A stretch of DNA of 5,000 nucleotides. It comes from a virus. Its lineage: Duplodnaviria > Heunggongvirae > Uroviricota > Caudoviricetes. The stretch lies in IMG/VR virus record IMGVR_UViG_2565956708_000003; one strand, written 5' to 3'. Shown one piece after another: positions 1-5,000 of the stretch. The stretch's first letter is position 1, and each line of letters opens with the position of its first letter. Under the pieces are notes generated by a model. That model had not been told where the DNA came from, ran no database searches, and saw only the letters and a list, made by a program, of their open reading frames with translations. Position numbers and translations under genes: made by a program.

Positions 1-53
1 AAGCAGAAAAAGCTTATTATGCTTCCATCGGAAACGATGATCTGGCAGCCTGA
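1..53 (+). CDS. 3' end of the IS transposase orfB (partial, start outside window); frame uncertain
   Basis: Frame 3 reads AEKAYYASIGNDDLAA then stop (TGA 51-53), which looks like a transposase C-terminus ending shortly before the IRR. Frame 2 ends at 38-40 (SRKSLLCFHRKR-stop) and cannot be excluded. Not verifiable without the upstream sequence. Confidence 0.3.
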   Translation, partial: AEKAYYASIGNDDLAA

Positions 54-70
54 GTTCACAGATAAAACAC

Positions 71-95
71 TCTCCAGGAAACCCGGGGCGGTTCA
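71..95. repeat. Terminal inverted repeat (IRR) of the IS629-like element
   Basis: 25-nt terminus, 23/25 identical in inverted orientation to 4773-4797; mismatches only at the AA/TT dinucleotide in positions 15-16 of the repeat. Confidence 0.8.
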
Positions 96-941
96 ATCTT
101 TTGTGATCTGGTGTACGGAATTCACACCGGCAATGGTGAACGCATCACCAACCTGCAAGCCAGATGCAGATACCGTAATAGTCCCCTGTCGGTTATCAAC
201 TGGCATACCATTTGAATCTTTCGCTTCAACCTTGTGTTCAGGTTGGCCTGATACTGTCAAGGATTCAGTGCTTCCTTTCGGTAATCGACCAGAAATATCG
301 GTCTTGTAGCTATCGAAGGACGCAACCGGAGGGATTTGCGCTTTTTCGTATGCTGTCAGGGTTGCGCCCTGAGCATAGGCACGGTGACCAAGCTCGCCAG
401 CAAGGTCTTTGTAGTTGAAGGGGTTCCAGAAAGAGCGACGGTTGATACCCTGAGGTACACCAATCGCCGTCATGGTGGCATCAATACCTGCCGCACAGTT
501 CCACAAATCACGGCCCTGTGTACCTGCGGTTGAGTCAGCCATCGTGATCACGTTAGTAGCACGCTGCGTGACCATGGAAATCAGGTCAGAGTCAATCTGT
601 GCAGCAAGGCGCATACCTGCGGCGCGACCAGCTTCAGTTTTATGTTCCGGATCACGCATTTCACGCGCATCCAGAGTGTACAGAATGTTTTTCGGCTCCT
701 TGAACACTGAAGGAACAAGGCGCTGAACCAGTGCTGTTGGCGTTTTGCTGCTGAGGTCGAGGCCTTCCTCAATATTCATGTGGTAATGCTGCGGACGATA
801 CAGAACATCACCTGCTCGCTGCATTGCTGTATCACCGGGACGGAATTTTTTAGCGTTACGGGAAACTACGCAGGCGGCCTCAAAGCCTTCAACGTAGTTT
901 TCGAACATGATTTCAAGGTCTTTTGCTAATTGGTTAGCCAT
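93..941 (-). CDS. P22-like major capsid (coat) protein, N-terminal 282 aa only; C-terminally truncated at the IS junction, probably non-functional
   Basis: Translation aligns by eye with P22 gp5: [13 protein letters not shown] vs [41 protein letters not shown] vs [48 protein letters not shown] vs [46 protein letters not shown] vs [27 protein letters not shown]. P22 coat is about 430 aa, so roughly 150 C-terminal residues are missing. The stop TGA (93-95) lies entirely within the IS terminus. RBS GGAG (950-953, minus) sits 8 nt upstream of ATG (939-941). Confidence 0.8.
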   Translation of the reverse strand: [282 protein letters not shown]

Positions 942-959
942 GCTTAATGCTCCAATAGG

Positions 960-1853
960 TTATTTTTTTGCCTTTTTAGCGGCGAAATACGGCGTCCAGT
1001 CACCAGTTTCCAGCGCCTTGGCTTTCAATTTGTCGAGGTTGTTGATTACTGCGCCGTTGCTCCCCTTAACCGTCGGGGTTGTGGCTGCCGTGGTTTTTGC
1101 TTTTGGCATGATTCTGGCCTTCGATTCGATACGTTCCAGCAGACGACCAATTGCTACGGGGTTGGTAGCTTCTGCCAGTTGCTTGCGCAGTTCAGCGTTG
1201 CGACCAAGCGCCAGAACAACGATTTCCGGCTTCTCTGACTCAAACAGGATCGCGTTTTGTGTCTCGATGGGGATTTCCTCGAGTACGGCCTGCTCAGCTT
1301 CCTGATAGCCAGGAACTTTGAGAGCCTTAACACGTTGCTGATATTTGGATAATCGCTCTTGATAGGCAGCCTGAAGCTCCTGCTCCTTCTGCTTGCGAGC
1401 CATCTCCTGTTGCTGGTACTTGCCATTATCCTCTGCCCACTTAGCCATGCGTTGCTGGTAGATTTCTTCATCGAAACCGATGTCCTCATCATCCAGTTTT
1501 GGCATTCGCGGTGGTTGAGTGATTACCGGCTGCTGCTCGACGGGTTTCTGAGACTGACGCATCAGCTCTTTCAGCTCGCGGTCTTTCTCTTTAATCGTCT
1601 TGCGCAGGTGTTTTACCAGTCCATGCTCAGCGCCATCTTCGCTGGTTGGCGAATCCAGCTTTTCGTCACCAAAGTAGAATTCCTGTTCTGATTCGTCGTC
1701 ATCAGTTTCAGTAGCCTCCTCTGCATCATTGCCTGAGGACTCACTGCCATCTTCTGTTTCGACTTTTTCAGCCAGTTCGACATCATCAGGAATCTGCTCT
1801 GACGCGTCGGTTTCGATTTCAACTTCTGGTGTGTTTTCTGCCATCTGGTCCAT
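960..1853 (-). CDS. Phage scaffolding protein (P22 gp8-like), apparently full length (297 aa)
   Basis: Lies between portal and coat as in P22-like phages and is similar in size to P22 gp8 (about 303 aa). It has an acidic N-terminus, a central charged coiled-coil-like region rich in Q/E/K/R, and a basic C-terminal tail (KLKAKALETGDWTPYFAAKKAKK) resembling the P22 gp8 coat-binding C-terminus (...YRKLKAKLKGIR). RBS GGGG sits 6 nt upstream of ATG (1851-1853, minus). Sequence similarity to P22 gp8 is weak; the call rests mostly on synteny and architecture. Confidence 0.7.
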   Translation of the reverse strand: MDQMAENTPEVEIETDASEQIPDDVELAEKVETEDGSESSGNDAEEATETDDDESEQEFYFGDEKLDSPTSEDGAEHGLVKHLRKTIKEKDRELKELMRQSQKPVEQQPVITQPPRMPKLDDEDIGFDEEIYQQRMAKWAEDNGKYQQQEMARKQKEQELQAAYQERLSKYQQRVKALKVPGYQEAEQAVLEEIPIETQNAILFESEKPEIVVLALGRNAELRKQLAEATNPVAIGRLLERIESKARIMPKAKTTAATTPTVKGSNGAVINNLDKLKAKALETGDWTPYFAAKKAKK

Positions 1854-1943
1854 TTGTTACCCCTGTTTACTCGATGTTCAGCCCATCGGAAGGCAATAGG
1901 GTGCCAGGCCTCATAAAGACAGCCATTGCACGTTATGGGTTAA

Positions 1944-4142
1944 TTACTGCTGTGGTTGTTGCTGAGTTGATTTTTGCAGGATGCTGCTGATGTCCATGCG
2001 CTGCGCATGGCCCTGTGCCTGACTTTTCAGGACAAGCTCTGCATCAGCACGGGCATTGTCTCCTTGCTGTTGCTGGAACTGTCCGAGCAGTTTCAGAGCC
2101 TCGCGGATATCAGATTTCTGCTGGCTATCGGCAGATGCGAGGATTTTCACAACATTTGCCGCTGCAACCTGAGCATCAGTCTGTGCCTGGAATGCTTTAA
2201 CCTGAATGGCTGCCTGCTCGTTCTGCGCTTTCTGCAATTCAGCCTGACCAGCAAGAAGCTGACCTTGCGCAGCAACCATAGCCGGATCTGGCTGACTGGC
2301 CTGTTGTTGTTTCGCCTGCTCAACCATCTGCTGTTCTTCTGGCGTTCTCGGCTTGATAACTCCAGACAGAAGCAACTGATTGCGGTTGTATTCTTTAAGG
2401 TCGTCCATCCCTTCGCCGTCCATATTGTCGAGGATCATCGACGATACAAGGTCGTGTTTCGGCGTTCCGGGCGGGATAAGTGCCAGCATGGAAAGTAACG
2501 ACTTAACCGTTGCGTCACGGCGAGTAGCGAACGACTGACCGACATCGACAGTCACTTCATAGTTACCCTGCGAAAGGTCGTTAAGCGCGATAACCTGCCC
2601 TGTCTGACGGTCAACCACTTCACCAGTCATCAGCGCCACGTCATCGCTGCCGTCCTCATTAACGATACGCATCGGCGTATCGCTGCCATAGACTTCACGA
2701 GCCATAGAAAGCCACACAACGCCAGCGCGACGCATGGATTTAGCCATGTTGTCCATGTAGATATAGGACTGCGTATCCATCCGGTTAAAGATGCTATCAA
2801 CGGTATCGGTAGCAACGTTGCTCGGCATGTTCTCAAGCTGCGACGCACCTGTAATTTGCTGAATAGCCGTTCCGGTGTACTGCAATAGCCCGGCAAGAGC
2901 TGGAGGCATTTGTGTCGGAGGCGTATAACTGCTGACCTGAGCCTGCGCAGTAATATCTCCGTTTTTGTTTTTCAGACTGACCATCGGCAGGAACGCCGGG
3001 CGCTTTTTGTTGCGCTCCGCCCAATGAGTGGCGAGAGGACCAGGAATCATGTCAACATCAACTACAGGAATGCCATCACCGCCAGCCTGAGTAGCGTTAT
3101 CTGCAATCATGGAAACCATCAGGTTCTCAAGACGCTGTGCATCCATCGCTTTTGCTGCGTGGCCTTCGATTCGTTCCTGATTATCAACAAATGAGCGACG
3201 TCCATATACCGGGATGAGAGGAATATGTTCGCCCGGAATACGCTTCGGTTCTTCCAGCCATTCAGCGCCAGACAGAAGGCCGCAATAAACGCGGCGTTTC
3301 TTCACCGTTCGCTCGCCAATCAGTTCGAATGCACCATCGGTCAGCTCGTCGACAATATCTTTGATTTGCTCTTCATCATAGATTGCCGTTTCTCCGCTAA
3401 CAGGGTTGCGCCATGCCGTGAGCTTCACCTTCTCTATGCGAACTTCGTAGTAGCGCCCAACATAGATGGCATCTGGCGTTGACCAGTCATATTGAGTGCC
3501 AGTCTCATCACGAGAAAGGCCTGCCGCGATGGAATCAGGGTATTCAGCCTCGAACGCTTTAGGCGTCATGGAGAACATTTCCATAGCCCACATAGCATCA
3601 GAACGGTCATATTGCTTGCTGTCCTGATCGAAGAAGACGCATGTCGCTGGGTCGTAAACAGGAAGAAGGCTGATGCGTCGCTGCTCGTTACTTGGGTCCA
3701 TTTCATCTTCGTAATCGGCACACATGCGGAAACAACCGAATCCGCCCGTTACAGCATCATCAAATGCGTTATCACACGCTTCGCCACCTGATGTTTCCTG
3801 ATAGTCAGCGCGGAATTTGCCGTTCATCTTTTTGGCTAACGCTTCCGATGCCTTGTCATCCTTCGGCCTGAATTTAACGCTGATGCGATTCTGTCGATAC
3901 TCGCCAATGATGCGATCACATTCACGGGCAATCTTATTCAGTTCAAAGCGCGGGTAATGCTCAAACCTGCCTTCATCAAATGAGTAACCAGCGTTTGTGC
4001 TGCCTTCCCACTGTGCGCCGGATACCCGGACGAAACGTTGAGCCTCAATAATCTGCTCACGCATATCCTGCGTTGCTGACCAGGCATTATCAAAGTTGCA
4101 CAGCACCTTGCGATGCCAGTCAGTCATCTTTTTTTCTGCCAT
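1944..4142 (-). CDS. Phage portal protein, P22 gp1-like (732 aa) with long C-terminal helical extension
   Basis: Long collinear similarity to P22 gp1 (725 aa): DYEDEMDPSNEQ...DQDSKQYDRSDA vs DYEDQSPTSNNQ...DSNSKLMDKSDA; IGERTVKKRRVY vs IAERQIKRRRVY; GEHIPLIPVYG vs GEHIPIVPVFG; C-terminus PRTPEEQQMVEQAKQQQASQPDPAMVAAQGQLLAGQAELQKAQN vs [44 protein letters not shown] and DNARADAELVLKSQAQGHAQRMDISSILQ vs [29 protein letters not shown]. The start ATG (4140-4142) is separated by 1 nt from the upstream gene's stop (TGAtATG). Confidence 0.93.
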   Translation of the reverse strand: MAEKKMTDWHRKVLCNFDNAWSATQDMREQIIEAQRFVRVSGAQWEGSTNAGYSFDEGRFEHYPRFELNKIARECDRIIGEYRQNRISVKFRPKDDKASEALAKKMNGKFRADYQETSGGEACDNAFDDAVTGGFGCFRMCADYEDEMDPSNEQRRISLLPVYDPATCVFFDQDSKQYDRSDAMWAMEMFSMTPKAFEAEYPDSIAAGLSRDETGTQYDWSTPDAIYVGRYYEVRIEKVKLTAWRNPVSGETAIYDEEQIKDIVDELTDGAFELIGERTVKKRRVYCGLLSGAEWLEEPKRIPGEHIPLIPVYGRRSFVDNQERIEGHAAKAMDAQRLENLMVSMIADNATQAGGDGIPVVDVDMIPGPLATHWAERNKKRPAFLPMVSLKNKNGDITAQAQVSSYTPPTQMPPALAGLLQYTGTAIQQITGASQLENMPSNVATDTVDSIFNRMDTQSYIYMDNMAKSMRRAGVVWLSMAREVYGSDTPMRIVNEDGSDDVALMTGEVVDRQTGQVIALNDLSQGNYEVTVDVGQSFATRRDATVKSLLSMLALIPPGTPKHDLVSSMILDNMDGEGMDDLKEYNRNQLLLSGVIKPRTPEEQQMVEQAKQQQASQPDPAMVAAQGQLLAGQAELQKAQNEQAAIQVKAFQAQTDAQVAAANVVKILASADSQQKSDIREALKLLGQFQQQQGDNARADAELVLKSQAQGHAQRMDISSILQKSTQQQPQQ

Positions 4143-4143
4143 A

Positions 4144-4772
4144 TCAACCTACACCACAAGGAATTGAGTAACTGGAATAGTCGGGTTGCGCAGCCGACTC
4201 CGGGCAATGCATACACATCATCAGCGCATCAGCCAGGTTAGGAGATGGGATACCGAGCTTCTGCTTCATTTCGACCTTAGTCATAAGCTCCAGTTTCCCG
4301 TTATTATTGAATTTGCGCTGAATCTGCGTCAGTTCTGCAAACAGTTTCTCCAGCATCTTCTCGCCTATCGCTTCTTTGTCGAAGCTCAGCATGTCGTCGG
4401 GGTCTGCATACTCACCGTGGACAACCGCCCGATATGTCAGATACAGCCTGTCAGCCAGCGCGTAATAGAATTGCGCTCGCTTATTGCGGAATACATCGCC
4501 AATAGTGCGAACGTTGTCACCCTGTACGACTTCATCAGCCCATGCTCCGGCCTGATACGGAGCATCTTCATCGAATGGCGATTCGCTGCCCTTGAACATC
4601 GTGGCGGTAATTTTCTTGCCGGAGAATGCTTCCGTTGTCTGTCTGCGTAGCCCTGCACCGACACCATCGCCATCCCACAGGTAATGGTCAGCGCCGTCTT
4701 CAATCGCCAGCGAAGTAGCCCAGTCAGCACCCTCGTTGATGTCCATCAGCAGACCTTCGGCAATGCGCTTAA
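4144..4772 (-). pseudogene. Large terminase subunit (TerL), C-terminal nuclease-domain fragment of about 209 codons; N-terminal ATPase domain removed at the IS junction
   Basis: Sits immediately upstream of portal with a 1-nt gap, as TerL does in P22-like phages. It contains a C-terminal ...LGIPSPNLADALMMC... motif resembling the conserved acidic motif near the end of terminase nuclease domains. The reading frame is open from the IS boundary (4772) through the first Met (4746) to the stop at 4144-4146; the frame continues upstream into the IS for 8 codons before a stop, with no native start. TerL proteins are about 450-500 aa, so roughly 290 N-terminal residues are absent. Confidence 0.72.
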
Positions 4773-4797
4773 TGAACCGCCCCGGGAATCCTGGAGA
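4773..4797. repeat. Terminal inverted repeat (IRL) of the IS629-like element
   Basis: TGAACCGCCCCGGGAATCCTGGAGA; begins with TG, 23/25 inverted match to 71-95, and lies 29 nt upstream of the orfA ATG. Confidence 0.85.
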
Positions 4798-4826
4798 CTA
4801 AACTTCCTGAGAAAGAGGTAAACAGG

Positions 4827-5000
4827 ATGACTAAAAATACTCGTTTTTCCCCCGAAGTCCGTCAACGGGCAGTCCGTATGGTTCTGGAAAGTCAGAGCGA
4901 ATATGACTCACAATGGGCGACAATTTGTTCCATTGCTCCAAAGATTGGCTGTACGCCGGAGACTCTGCGTGTCTGGGTTCGCCAGCATGAGCGGGATACC
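4827..5000 (+). CDS. IS3-family transposase OrfA (N-terminal 58 codons; continues past window end)
   Basis: ATG at 4827 with upstream AGAGG; the translation is a typical IS3-family OrfA N-terminus with an HTH region ([18 protein letters not shown]). The frame is open to the window edge. Confidence 0.9.
   Translation, partial: MTKNTRFSPEVRQRAVRMVLESQSEYDSQWATICSIAPKIGCTPETLRVWVRQHERDT

Larger units (their letters stand above)
1..95 (+). mobile_element. Right end of an IS3-family insertion sequence (IS629/IS1203/IS3411-like), partial; the element body lies left of the window
   Basis: Positions 71-95 (tctccaggaaacccggggcggttca) are the reverse complement of TGAACCGCCCCGGGTTTCCTGGAGA, which matches 23/25 the terminus TGAACCGCCCCGGGAATCCTGGAGA at 4773-4797 that directly precedes a recognisable IS3-family orfA. 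The element ends ...CA at 94-95, as IS3-family ends (5'-TG...CA-3') do. Family and group assignment is from memory of IS629-type termini. Confidence 0.8.
4773..5000 (+). mobile_element. Left end of an IS3-family insertion sequence (IS629/IS1203/IS3411-like), partial; continues beyond the window
   Basis: IRL at 4773-4797 followed by RBS AGAGG (4814-4818) and an orfA whose N-terminus ([58 protein letters not shown]) I recognise as an IS629-type OrfA helix-turn-helix protein. Same orientation as the IS end at 1..95. Confidence 0.9.

Noticed and set aside
19-309. Plus-strand 96-aa ORF starting inside the IS end and running into the phage block
   Set aside because: It crosses the IS-phage junction and is antisense to the well-supported coat gene; its protein has no recognisable character. 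Most likely a chance read-through ORF.
212-772. Small ORFs within the coat region (212..418+, 336..533+, 472..726+, 581..772-)
   Set aside because: All overlap the coat CDS in antisense or alternate frame; they are short and Cys/Arg-rich in a way typical of off-frame translation.
907-1822. ORFs overlapping the scaffold gene (907..1305+, 1359..1691+, 1154..1492-, 1613..1822-)
   Set aside because: The plus-strand ones are Leu-rich shadows (LLLLLLASHLLLLVLAI...) of the Q/E/K-rich scaffold codons; the minus-strand ones are alternate frames inside the scaffold CDS with Arg/Ser-rich low-complexity products. The scaffold frame has synteny and architecture support.
1854-1943. 90-bp portal-scaffold intergenic region as a possible internal promoter or terminator
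   Set aside because: I could not find a convincing GC-rich hairpin followed by a T-run, nor a good -35/-10 pair on the minus strand. P22-like late operons normally lack internal promoters here; the region more likely holds only the scaffold RBS.
1974-3791. Plus-strand ORFs antisense to portal (1974..2498, 2015..2200, 2910..3194, 3225..3482, 3492..3791) and alternate-frame minus ORFs (2630..2896, 2833..3024)
   Set aside because: The portal frame is supported by strong collinear similarity to P22 gp1 over its whole length; these overlapping ORFs have no recognisable features and are best explained as shadow ORFs.
4186-4730. Plus-strand 154-aa ORF (4186..4650) and alternate-frame minus-strand 97-aa ORF (4437..4730) overlapping the TerL fragment
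   Set aside because: Both overlap the TerL remnant, which has the conserved nuclease-domain C-terminal motif and the native junction with portal; neither has recognisable features.
96-4772. Possibility that the IS-flanked block hides a defence system, toxin-antitoxin pair, CRISPR array or RNA gene
   Set aside because: The block is essentially fully occupied by four minus-strand genes with recognisable phage head-module identity, with tiny intergenic gaps (18 bp, 90 bp, 1 bp). There are no repeat-spacer arrays, no tRNA-like sequences and no unexplained ORFs of meaningful size.

Overview
This window is a prophage remnant cut by insertion sequences; I see no novel defence or other undescribed system in it. 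A 4677-bp block (96..4772) carries the head-morphogenesis genes of a P22-like phage, all on the minus strand in the usual order: large terminase (3' fragment only), portal, scaffolding protein, coat protein (5' 282 codons only). It is bracketed by two directly oriented copies of an IS3-family element (IS629/IS1203/IS3411-like): the right end of one copy at 1..95, and the left end plus start of orfA of another at 4773..5000. Both outer phage genes stop exactly at the IS termini, and the coat stop codon is supplied by the IS end. Portal and scaffold genes look intact. No tRNA, rRNA or CRISPR array was seen, and the plus-strand ORFs inside the phage block look like antisense shadows. All homology calls come from reading the translations against remembered P22 gp1/gp8/gp5 and IS629-type sequences, not from any search.
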